From assembly GCA_963718585.1 (NCBI GenBank), contig OY970357.1, positions 600,001 to 632,000 of the forward strand: DNA of 32,000 nt, in the 5' to 3' direction. Origin of the DNA: Candidatus Saccharimonadota bacterium. GTDB taxonomy: Bacteria > Patescibacteriota > Patescibacteriia > 2-12-FULL-60-25. The notes beneath the pieces were generated by a model that made no database searches, had not been told where the DNA came from, and was given only the letters and a program-made list of their open reading frames with translations. A program made the translations under genes and the position numbers. Each line of letters opens with the position of its first letter. Position 1 is the first letter of the stretch. Below are positions 15,088 through 22,333 of the stretch, piece by piece.

Positions 15088-15694
15088 CGACTTCTGCGTC
15101 TGTCACCTGTGGGAAATCGTGGTAGAACGCTCCGACCGCCGTATAGGGGGTTGGCATCTCGAGCACGATGACCTCATCGGCCTCGCTCTTCAATTCCGTG
15201 ATCGCCTCTGCGGCCCCGTGTGGGACGGCAAGCACGATCTTTGCCGCATGCTGATGCTTCACCGCCGCGATCGCCGCGCGGATCGTGAGTCCGGTCGCGA
15301 TCCCATCATCGATGATGATCGCGGTCTTTGCCGTCAGATCTCGCAACGGCTGCCCGTCACGGAATTTCTTGACCCGCCGTTCTGCTTCCTTCCGTTCCTT
15401 GGTCACGACCTCCCCGAGGATCTTTTGGTCCGTGGCCGCACGTTCCGCCTCATTCCAGACCACATCCCCCGTTTCGGCCAAAGCACCGATCGCATACTCT
15501 TCATTGAACGGCGCACCGATCTTCCGCGTCACGATGACGTCAAGTGGAAGACCAAGCGCTTTTGCGACCTCCACACCCAAAACGACGCCTCCGCGCGGCA
15601 ATGCGAACAGACAAACGTCCGGTATTCCGGCATACGTCTTCAGCGCCTCGGCGAGTGCCCTCCCCGCTTCGACCCGATCTTTGAATATCTGCAT
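15053..15694 (-). CDS. Phosphoribosyltransferase-domain protein (type I PRTase, substrate unknown)
   Basis: ALPRGGVVLG and IIIDDGIATGLT PRPP-binding motifs. The start is set to ATG 15694 (MQIFKDRVEAG...). TACACT lies 6 nt upstream. Confidence 0.75.
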   Translation of the reverse strand: MQIFKDRVEAGRALAEALKTYAGIPDVCLFALPRGGVVLGVEVAKALGLPLDVIVTRKIGAPFNEEYAIGALAETGDVVWNEAERAATDQKILGEVVTKERKEAERRVKKFRDGQPLRDLTAKTAIIIDDGIATGLTIRAAIAAVKHQHAAKIVLAVPHGAAEAITELKSEADEVIVLEMPTPYTAVGAFYHDFPQVTDAEVVELLQHHGQAH

Positions 15695-15700
15695 GCGGCC

Positions 15701-15706
15701 AGTGTA
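15701..15706 (-). promoter_or_regulatory. -10 TACACT, 6 nt upstream of the PRTase ATG 15694
   Basis: TACACT ggccgc ATG on the minus strand. Confidence 0.35.
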
Positions 15707-15841
15707 GCAGATGCGTTGACGATGTTCCGCAATTTCCCTATGCTTGGCCCGCAAGAGCGTCTTTTTGTGCTATTTGTCCGGGACATCAAGACGGGCAACG
15801 ACCGTCACAGAAACGCCCATTTCACCCATCGTCACTTTTGC

Positions 15842-15912
15842 TCGGGGATCGTCTAATGGTAGGACAGCGGCCTTTGAAGCCGTGAATCTAGGTTCGAGCC
15901 CTAGTCCCCGAG
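15842..15912 (+). tRNA. tRNA-Gln (anticodon UUG), CCA not encoded
   Basis: Hand-folded cloverleaf: acceptor TCGGGGA/TCCCCGA, D arm GTCT-AATGGTA-GGAC, anticodon arm GCGGC-CTTTGAA-GCCGT, T arm CTAGG-TTCGAGC-CCTAG, discriminator G. Confidence 0.85.
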
Positions 15913-15954
15913 CAGAACGGATGATGAACAGATACGGAAAGGCCCTAGATCTGA

Positions 15955-15978
15955 GTCGATCCCTCGTTCCCGAGCAGG
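15955..15978 (+). repeat. Degenerate copy of the 3' half of tRNA-Gln
   Basis: GTCGATCCCTCGTTCCCGAGCAGG versus tRNA positions 15893-15916 TTCGAGCCCTAGTCCCCGAGCAGA. I counted 19 of 24 identical by hand. Confidence 0.6.
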
Positions 15979-16014
15979 ATCCGCGCGTGGGCTGGTCAAC
16001 GGATGACCGGGGGG

Positions 16015-16020
16015 TATAAT
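16015..16020 (+). promoter_or_regulatory. -10 TATAAT upstream of the lipoprotein gene 16054
   Basis: A perfect TATAAT 33 nt upstream of the ATG. The -35 is weak (TGGTCA). Confidence 0.4.
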
Positions 16021-16053
16021 AGGCCGATACTCAATATCCACCCTTTTTTTCGT

Positions 16054-16710
16054 ATGAAGAAATACCTTCTCTCTCTCGCGGTCCTCTCCCTCGCCGGTGC
16101 CGGCTGTGCCGCACCAACGGCCACTCCCGCGCCCCAAGCACAAACGCCCTCGGCGGAACAGCAGCAGAATGCGGAAGTCGTGCCTACCCAACCGACGTCT
16201 CCGACGGCCAATGTCGATATGGAGGTCCAGGACGCCATGAAGTCACAGGAAGACAATGCCCTCGTGATCCACGATCAGCCGGCAGGAGACGAGATCTTCG
16301 TTCCCTACGTCAAACTCTACAAACAGGGGTACCTCGTCATTCATGTGGATGAAAATGGAAAGCCTGGCGCTATCGTCGCGGAATCCGACCTCTTGAACGC
16401 CGGCGACAACGTCTCGTTCTACATCAAATACAAGCCGCAGCCGGGACGGCACTTCATCGCCATGCTCCACATCGACAATGGCAACGGGAAATGGGACAAC
16501 GCGACCACGGATAAACCGGCCGTTGACAGCAAGAACAACATCATCATGACTCCATTCGTCGCGATCGACACCAATGCGATGAATGACTCAGAGATGAATG
16601 GCGGCGCCACGAGCGACACGACCGGAACGATGATGAAAGCAGAGGATCAGACCGACACCGGGAAGGATGAGAATAGCGAATCGAACACGTCTGATTCGAT
16701 GATGCAGTAA
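16054..16710 (+). CDS. Hypothetical lipoprotein
   Basis: The start is set to MKKYLLSLAVLSLAGAGC (lipobox). TATAAT lies at 16015-16020 upstream, and a bidirectional terminator lies downstream. Confidence 0.65.
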   Translation: MKKYLLSLAVLSLAGAGCAAPTATPAPQAQTPSAEQQQNAEVVPTQPTSPTANVDMEVQDAMKSQEDNALVIHDQPAGDEIFVPYVKLYKQGYLVIHVDENGKPGAIVAESDLLNAGDNVSFYIKYKPQPGRHFIAMLHIDNGNGKWDNATTDKPAVDSKNNIIMTPFVAIDTNAMNDSEMNGGATSDTTGTMMKAEDQTDTGKDENSESNTSDSMMQ

Positions 16711-16723
16711 GCCGTACACAGAC

Positions 16724-16755
16724 AAAAAAACACCCCTGACCGGGGGTGTTTTTTT
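16724..16755. terminator. Bidirectional terminator between convergent genes
   Basis: AAAAAAA CACCCC tgaccg GGGGTG TTTTTTT. Confidence 0.75.
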
Positions 16756-17581
16756 ATAGTGGCATGACTTTGTGCGACGGCCCGCATCGAACGGCATCCG
16801 AGAGATCGACCACGCATGCGCGATACCAGCGTGGCGCGTGGTAGAACGCCGGATCTTCGTAGATATCATCCGTAAATGAGGCCACGCCCGGGTCTCGGAC
16901 CTGCGTCAGATACCCATCGTATGGATAGGAGAGATCGGCATGCTCGAATGACCGGACCAGGGCTATGTATTTGTAGCTCCCTCCAAGCGACGTCGGCGGC
17001 GTCCATGTCAGTACCGCGCCCCCGTCCGTCGGAACGGCGGAAAGCACGAGCTCGCCAGATGGAGCGTCCAGGATCTGGGCCGTGGGCGTCGCGGTCACGA
17101 GCGTATCCGGCAGGTCAATGACCGGTGCGGGAGCGGGAACCAAGGGAGCCGTGACCGCTGATGCAAGGGAAACGGAGGGCACCGGGTCTGCGGCGATCGG
17201 CTCACTGACCGTCACCGAGACCTTCAATGGCTTGGAACAGGTCTTGTCCCCTGTCGTCAGATCGGCACAAAGCCGGTACCAGTAGGTACCGCTCTCCGGT
17301 GGAGCATCTTCCGCGTTCGTGGAATAGCGGTTGTCCGTGGTCGCCACCTGATCCCCGGCATCCGGCGCGGTCGGTCCGTCCGGCGTCGTACGGACGATCT
17401 CATACATCTGAAAATGCTTCGCATCCGGATACCGTGACCACGTGAAAGCGACGTGATCGCCGACGGCTTTGGCGGTGAAGGTCCAGCTGTAGTCCAAAGA
17501 GACCGTGGCATTCGCGGCCGTGCTGGAGAGAAGGGTCAGGACCGCACACAACGCGGCGATCGATGGAAGATATCGTTTCAT
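16754..17581 (-). CDS. Secreted protein with two FN3-like modules, each ending WYRxC...C
   Basis: Signal peptide MKRYLPSIAALCAVLTLLSSTAANA. Internal duplication FTWSRYP...GTYWYRLCADLTTGDKTC versus LTWTPP...PRWYRACVVDLSDAVRC. ATGA overlap with the upstream gene. Confidence 0.6.
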   Translation of the reverse strand: MKRYLPSIAALCAVLTLLSSTAANATVSLDYSWTFTAKAVGDHVAFTWSRYPDAKHFQMYEIVRTTPDGPTAPDAGDQVATTDNRYSTNAEDAPPESGTYWYRLCADLTTGDKTCSKPLKVSVTVSEPIAADPVPSVSLASAVTAPLVPAPAPVIDLPDTLVTATPTAQILDAPSGELVLSAVPTDGGAVLTWTPPTSLGGSYKYIALVRSFEHADLSYPYDGYLTQVRDPGVASFTDDIYEDPAFYHAPRWYRACVVDLSDAVRCGPSHKVMPL

Positions 17582-18036
17582 ACCTTTTCGACGACCTTAC
17601 GCGCCTCATCCAGCGCCACCATCCATTTCGGGATCTCTTCAGGCGGAAGTCGTACGAGTGCAGACAGCATCGCAAACCGTTCCGTCGGAGACAAGGGCAG
17701 AGACAGCATCTTTTCCCAGGCTGGAACGATGGCGTCCGGAAGATCGATGACCCGGTAACGCTTCGACAAGAGCCAGTGAACGAGCGCGGGGCGGAACCCC
17801 TGCTCTCGAGGCATGACGCGCACTTCGACCATCACATCCGTACTCTCCGATGGTGATTCGATCAGGACATCACGAAGTGATGGGATCCCCTGCGTTTGCC
17901 AGGATTCGAACGCACTCCCAAGTATCCGCTCTCCATCCGCATTCAACGATGCATGCGCCAACGCGCCATCAACGACCGACACATCACCGAGATGCTCGCC
18001 GATCGCATCGAAGATCAATAGAAGAGACGTTTTCAT
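17578..18036 (-). CDS. Hypothetical cytoplasmic protein (152 aa)
   Basis: The start is set to ATG 18036 (MKTSLLLIFDAIGEHL...), 1 nt after the upstream stop at 18038. No signal peptide or TM segment. No motif recognised. Confidence 0.5.
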   Translation of the reverse strand: MKTSLLLIFDAIGEHLGDVSVVDGALAHASLNADGERILGSAFESWQTQGIPSLRDVLIESPSESTDVMVEVRVMPREQGFRPALVHWLLSKRYRVIDLPDAIVPAWEKMLSLPLSPTERFAMLSALVRLPPEEIPKWMVALDEARKVVEKV

Positions 18037-18037
18037 A

Positions 18038-19567
18038 TCATGGATGTTTTGTCGGAGCTTTCGACAGAAGAATATCCGCATGTTCCAGCATCTTTCGATG
18101 GAATGCAGCTTTTTGCTCTTGAGAGTAGCCTCGAAACAAAACGTCAATCTTTTTGATACTCCACTGAAGATCTCCAAGAGCCCATAACGTATCTGAATAC
18201 CCATTCCAGCTATTCGCTCGGGCATTCATCAGACCTTCAAGCATCGAATCCCAATCGTATATCGCTTTCGCCTCAGATGCTGTCTTTCCGATCATCTCTC
18301 GCTCTTCCTGCATGTGCAACATATCAAGAGTCTTTTTTTGCCAAGCGAGGTCTCGATCCGTGAATGATCCTTTTGGTGAATTTCGAGCTTCGTTGACCGT
18401 CGTGATGATCTCGTCAGTGAGGACTTGTTCGGCTTTTCCTGTGTCCAGGATGTCACGGTATGCGTCACCAGACAATGCACGCTCCGCCGAGTTGATCCGT
18501 TTAGCTCCTTCCCATGGTCGGTACGAAGGATCGATCTTCTGAAAATACCATTTCACCAATTCCGCATTTACATATGCGGACTGCGGCTCGGCCTCATAGT
18601 CCCCGCGAAGGTTTTCGCGGAATTCACGCTCCCATGCACTCCACGTCGTCACCTGCGGGTCCGTTTCCGTCAACGCCATGCGCATCAACTCTGCAAAATA
18701 CTCCTTTGTCCGATTCCGAAGTTCCGCTTTATCCCCTTTTTGCACAATGATCGATTCCGGATACGCGAATTTAGGCCGACCGGGATCGCGCACAGCCTGC
18801 TCGACAAGGTAATGCAGCTCCAAGGCTTCATCCGCGGTCAAGGTCGGCGACCATTCCCAGTCATTCGCATGCGCGAATTCATGAATTAATGCTCCCTGAA
18901 AAAAGAGCCGATCAATGGCCCTCGACTTATTCGTCTTCACGTCAAAAGATGAAACCACGATCTTTCCCGGTCCTCCGTCTGTGGATCGTGTGAAAAAGGC
19001 ATAATCCTCGTCATGTTCCAAGCCCTTGTAATGGCTCACTTCATGCTGAGGCGCAACGACGACCTCCCCGATGGCGGCCGTGGAACGCCACGGCGCAGGC
19101 AGTGCGTCAACGTACGCACGGACATGGGCCTCCGGTGTCCCGATCCGTTCGAAATTTTTATAAGAGATCGAGCGATGTTCGGATTCGTTCACGGCACGGT
19201 GCGCGCGGCTCATCTGCTGATGTGCAAGCGCGGCCGCCGCGTCCCCGGTCGTCTGATCAAGGACGACCGTCATCTCCGTCTCTGACGGAAATCCCTTTTC
19301 TGATCCCCTCAGAGCTTTCATTGCCGCCGTCTCAGAAGCGGCTTCCTGGCCACGCAGATTGACACCGCATCCCGCGATCCCGTTCGTGCTCGCTAAGAAC
19401 GCGCCGAGCGTCGCGACCTTCTTTGCGGAGCGCGACAAGGAAGAACACATCGCCTCGCGCTGCTTCTTCTCCCGCGTTTCAGACGACGGATGTCGCTCCT
19501 GCGTCTTTGTCTTGCCCGGCGAGACTTTCGCCTCTGATCCGCGGCTGCCTCCTTCGGGTCCGCGCAT
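18038..19567 (-). CDS. Putative zincin-like metalloprotein (HExxH) with lipoprotein signal
   Basis: IHEFAHANDW is encoded at 18869-18883, with EYFAE about 60 residues downstream. The internal ATG at 19450 gives MCSSLSRSAKKVATLGAFLASTNGIAGC (signal + lipobox). The longest ORF starts at ATG 19567, 1 nt after the ftsX stop. Confidence 0.6.
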   Translation of the reverse strand: MRGPEGGSRGSEAKVSPGKTKTQERHPSSETREKKQREAMCSSLSRSAKKVATLGAFLASTNGIAGCGVNLRGQEAASETAAMKALRGSEKGFPSETEMTVVLDQTTGDAAAALAHQQMSRAHRAVNESEHRSISYKNFERIGTPEAHVRAYVDALPAPWRSTAAIGEVVVAPQHEVSHYKGLEHDEDYAFFTRSTDGGPGKIVVSSFDVKTNKSRAIDRLFFQGALIHEFAHANDWEWSPTLTADEALELHYLVEQAVRDPGRPKFAYPESIIVQKGDKAELRNRTKEYFAELMRMALTETDPQVTTWSAWEREFRENLRGDYEAEPQSAYVNAELVKWYFQKIDPSYRPWEGAKRINSAERALSGDAYRDILDTGKAEQVLTDEIITTVNEARNSPKGSFTDRDLAWQKKTLDMLHMQEEREMIGKTASEAKAIYDWDSMLEGLMNARANSWNGYSDTLWALGDLQWSIKKIDVLFRGYSQEQKAAFHRKMLEHADILLSKAPTKHP

Positions 19568-19568
19568 A

Positions 19569-20483
19569 TCACTTCTTCAAATACTTTCCGACGGCAGCCC
19601 AGGATGACAATCCGACAAGGAACGCGAGCGTGCCGCCTTCGGCGAACAAGAGGCTCCCCGCGTTTACGAGGAAGAATGTGCGCAGCCCCGGGTCCGTGTT
19701 GTCAAAGACACCCTGCAAACGCGGATCCAGATACGCCGCGACCGCCATCACGACCCCCGCCGCGACAAGCAATGCCAGAAGCGCAAGAAGGATCCCCTCC
19801 AGCACGAACGGGATCCGGACATACGCGCTCGATGCACCGACCAAGCGCATGATCCCGATCTCTTCCCGCTGCGTATAGATCGCCACGCGTACGGTGTTGT
19901 ACACGATAAGGATCGAGAAAAGCGCAAAGATCGTCACGAGCCCGATACCGAACAGCTCGACCGAATGGCTCAAGTCGCGCACCCGCGCGATGGTATCCGC
20001 GTGGTCCTCATAATCCTTGGAGGCGATCGCAAAATCGAACTGCGGATTCTTGAGTGCGTCGACGAGGAAGGGATAATCATCCGGTTTGTCTGCTTTGAGC
20101 ACGAGGACGGCGCCAAGCGGATTCCCATCGAGTTGATCGAGCGCTCCGAGGACCTTTGGGTCGTCTTTATGATGTTCCTTGAAACGCGTAAGCGCATCGT
20201 CGGCGGAAAGCAGGTCTGCGGATGCGACTTGTGGCAGGCCCGCCATGAAAAAACGCGCCTGTTGGAGCACCGCCTCCGGAGTCTTGGGCTGGAAATAGAC
20301 GGAGACGTCGATCTTATCCTCGAGCTGCGCCACCGCGTTGTTCAACAGGACATGGACACCGACAAGTACATTGACCGAGAGGAGTGCGAGAAAAAGCACG
20401 AAGATGGTCGTGAGCGCGAGCCACATATTGCGCGTGAAGTGCTTCCACGCGGCCATGACAGAACGACGAGCGGTAATGAGCAT
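19569..20483 (-). CDS. ftsX: Cell-division ABC transporter permease-like protein FtsX
   Basis: Directly follows ftsE. Topology is N-terminal TM, extracytoplasmic domain, then three C-terminal TM segments. The start is set to ATG 20483 (MLITARRSV...), 4 nt after the ftsE stop. Confidence 0.8.
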   Translation of the reverse strand: MLITARRSVMAAWKHFTRNMWLALTTIFVLFLALLSVNVLVGVHVLLNNAVAQLEDKIDVSVYFQPKTPEAVLQQARFFMAGLPQVASADLLSADDALTRFKEHHKDDPKVLGALDQLDGNPLGAVLVLKADKPDDYPFLVDALKNPQFDFAIASKDYEDHADTIARVRDLSHSVELFGIGLVTIFALFSILIVYNTVRVAIYTQREEIGIMRLVGASSAYVRIPFVLEGILLALLALLVAAGVVMAVAAYLDPRLQGVFDNTDPGLRTFFLVNAGSLLFAEGGTLAFLVGLSSWAAVGKYLKK

Positions 20484-20487
20484 GGGG

Positions 20488-21174
20488 TCAGGAAGGGAGG
20501 AGATACTTCCCCTCGGCATGATCGGAGATCACGCGTCCGTCGGACAGCGTGATGACCCGACGGCGAAGGGCATTCACGACCTCGCGATTATGGGTGACGA
20601 GGACGATGGTCGTGCCAAAGGAATTGATCTTTTCCAGCAGATCGATGATCTCGCGCGTGTTGATCGCGTCGAGATTCCCGGTCGGCTCATCCGCGAGAAG
20701 GATCTTTGGCCGATGGACGAGCGATCGGGCGATCACCACACGCTGCTGTTCCCCGCCGGAAAGCTGGAGAGGGAACCGTCGTAGCTTCTCATCAAGTCCG
20801 ACGATCTTCAGCACCTGCGGCACGACCTCCCGGATCCGCTTGGAGGGGACGCCAGCCACTTCAAGGGCAAAGGACACGTTCTCATAGACGGTCTTTTTCG
20901 GAAGGAGTTTGAAATCCTGGAACACCACGCCGATCTGACGACGGAGGTACGGCACATCCCGTTTCGGGATCCGGGTGATGTCCCATCCCCCGATCTCGAT
21001 CTTCCCGCGTGTCGGCCGCTCCTCGGCGATCAACATCTTCGCCAACGTCGTCTTGCCTGCACCACTCTGTCCGACGATGGACACGAAATCCCCCGGTTTG
21101 ATGGTCAACGAGATATCCCGGAGCCCATGGACGTCCGGCGGATAGGTCTTGGAAACATGTTCAAGCGTGATCAT
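20488..21174 (-). CDS. ftsE: Cell-division ATP-binding protein FtsE
   Basis: Walker A GQSGAGKTT, signature LSGGEQQR, Walker B ILLADEPTGNLD. 228 aa. Confidence 0.9.
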   Translation of the reverse strand: MITLEHVSKTYPPDVHGLRDISLTIKPGDFVSIVGQSGAGKTTLAKMLIAEERPTRGKIEIGGWDITRIPKRDVPYLRRQIGVVFQDFKLLPKKTVYENVSFALEVAGVPSKRIREVVPQVLKIVGLDEKLRRFPLQLSGGEQQRVVIARSLVHRPKILLADEPTGNLDAINTREIIDLLEKINSFGTTIVLVTHNREVVNALRRRVITLSDGRVISDHAEGKYLLPS

Positions 21175-21184
21175 GGCAAAAAAG

Positions 21185-21958
21185 TTATGGAGCGCTCGCG
21201 ATCTGCGCCGTGCTTGATGGCATGACGGGATCGACCGTCACATTGACGAGTCCAAGTGACAACGGGGCAAGTTGCTTGAACGCGACGGAATCCAGATCGA
21301 TCACGCGGTTCGGGAAGAGATTCCGGTCCGGGCCATAGTCATTGACCGTGACCACGACCGATGTTTCCGGATGATCGGTGAGACTGACCCGTAACTGTGT
21401 GCCTTTGGGAAAATCCGGCGAGGCCGCACAATCACAATGCTTATAACTGTACCAAGTGGCAGTCCCCTGTCGCAGACCGATCGGAGATGATTCCAGTTTC
21501 GCCGCAACATCCGGACCGACGCGCGCTTCCATATATCCATCACGCATCACTGTCGGCGGATGCACGGTCGGTGCAAACGGCGCCGTGATCGCAAGTCCGT
21601 ACTGATCGAATGCGGCCGATCCCGGCGGTTTGATCCCGAGACGGACGCCTTTAGGACCAAAGAGATATGAGCTCGACCATCGAGCCGTGACAGCCGATGT
21701 CGTCGGATCGAATGTGACATCCAATGTTCCCGGAGCAATGACATCACGCGCATCCCACGAGATCCGAACCTGTCCATCGAATAACTTCAGATCCACCGGA
21801 TGGCCGATGAATCCCCAGTCGATATACAACGTCGCGGTCTGGATCGCAGGAACGGCGACTGGTGTGACGGTCTCTGCTGCGAAAATAGGCATCGACCAAG
21901 ACGCCGCGGTCAGCGTCACCGCGACAAAGAATGCAGACAATCCCCTCGCACGTTTCAC
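21185..21958 (-). CDS. Secreted RlpA-like double-psi beta-barrel (DPBB) protein
   Basis: C-terminal GTATWYSYKHCDCAASPDFPKGTQLRVS...VVVTVNDYGPD...VIDLDSVAF resembles the RlpA/DPBB_1 domain. The start is placed at GTG 21958 (KRARGLSAFFVAVTLTAASWSMPIFA signal), with TATCTT 6 nt upstream. The ORF track extends to 22021. Confidence 0.6.
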   Translation of the reverse strand: MKRARGLSAFFVAVTLTAASWSMPIFAAETVTPVAVPAIQTATLYIDWGFIGHPVDLKLFDGQVRISWDARDVIAPGTLDVTFDPTTSAVTARWSSSYLFGPKGVRLGIKPPGSAAFDQYGLAITAPFAPTVHPPTVMRDGYMEARVGPDVAAKLESSPIGLRQGTATWYSYKHCDCAASPDFPKGTQLRVSLTDHPETSVVVTVNDYGPDRNLFPNRVIDLDSVAFKQLAPLSLGLVNVTVDPVMPSSTAQIASAP

Positions 21959-21964
21959 GAAGAA

Positions 21965-21970
21965 AAGATA
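21965..21970 (-). promoter_or_regulatory. -10 TATCTT, 6 nt upstream of GTG 21958
   Basis: TATCTT ttcttc GTG on the minus strand. It lies downstream of the tRNA terminator. Confidence 0.3.
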
Positions 21971-22076
21971 GCAGATAAGCGAAAAATCGCCTACTGGGGA
22001 AAACAGACGATCGGATCGCACAGAAAAAAGAAAAACCCATCTCGGAAGCTGCTCTTTTGATTCGGATCCCGAAACG

Positions 22077-22103
22077 AAAAAAGCTCCGTAACGGAGCTTT
22101 TTT
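22077..22103 (-). terminator. Terminator after the tRNA-Gly/tRNA-Thr pair
   Basis: AAAAAAGCTCCG taa CGGAGCTTTTTT; symmetric A/T runs flank the hairpin. Confidence 0.7.
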
Positions 22104-22106
22104 CAC

Positions 22107-22181
22107 TGGAGCCAGTTCCGGGATTCGAACCCGGGACCTCTGCTTTACGAAAGCATTGCTCTACCACTGAGCTAAACTGGC
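22107..22181 (-). tRNA. tRNA-Thr (anticodon CGU), CCA encoded
   Basis: The reverse complement folds as GCCAGTT-TA-GCTC-AGTGGTA-GAGC-A-ATGCT-TTCGTAA-AGCAG-AGGTC-CCGGG-TTCGAAT-CCCGG-AACTGGC-T-CCA. Confidence 0.9.
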
Positions 22182-22182
22182 A

Positions 22183-22257
22183 TGGAGCGGGTAAGGGGAA
22201 TCGAACCCCTCTCCTAGGCTTGGGAAGCCCATATAATAACCACTATACGATACCCGC
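22183..22257 (-). tRNA. tRNA-Gly (anticodon CCC), CCA encoded
   Basis: The reverse complement folds with acceptor GCGGGTA/TACCCGC, anticodon arm TGGGC-TTCCCAA-GCCTA and T arm AGGGG-TTCGATT-CCCCT. It lies 1 nt from tRNA-Thr. Confidence 0.9.
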
Positions 22258-22288
22258 TCGGGGCGGTGTTGGGCGTCGAGAGACTATC

Positions 22289-22318
22289 AAAAAGGGCGTC
22301 CCGCCGCAAGGGTCGCCC
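22289..22318 (-). terminator. Terminator after the SurA-N-like gene
   Basis: On the minus strand: GGGCGACCC ttgcggc GGGACGCCC followed by TTTTT. Confidence 0.5.
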
Positions 22319-22333
22319 TCCCCATCCGCGCGA

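Noticed and set aside
15053-15694. The PRTase-domain protein as an anti-phage (retron-type) effector
   Set aside because: No reverse transcriptase, msr/msd-like structure or other defence gene is nearby. It overlaps prs in what looks like a nucleotide-metabolism operon.
22107-22257. The tRNA-Thr/tRNA-Gly pair as the boundary of a genomic island or prophage
   Set aside because: The flanking genes on both sides are co-oriented division and cell-wall housekeeping genes. No integrase, direct repeat or compositional break was seen at the tRNAs.
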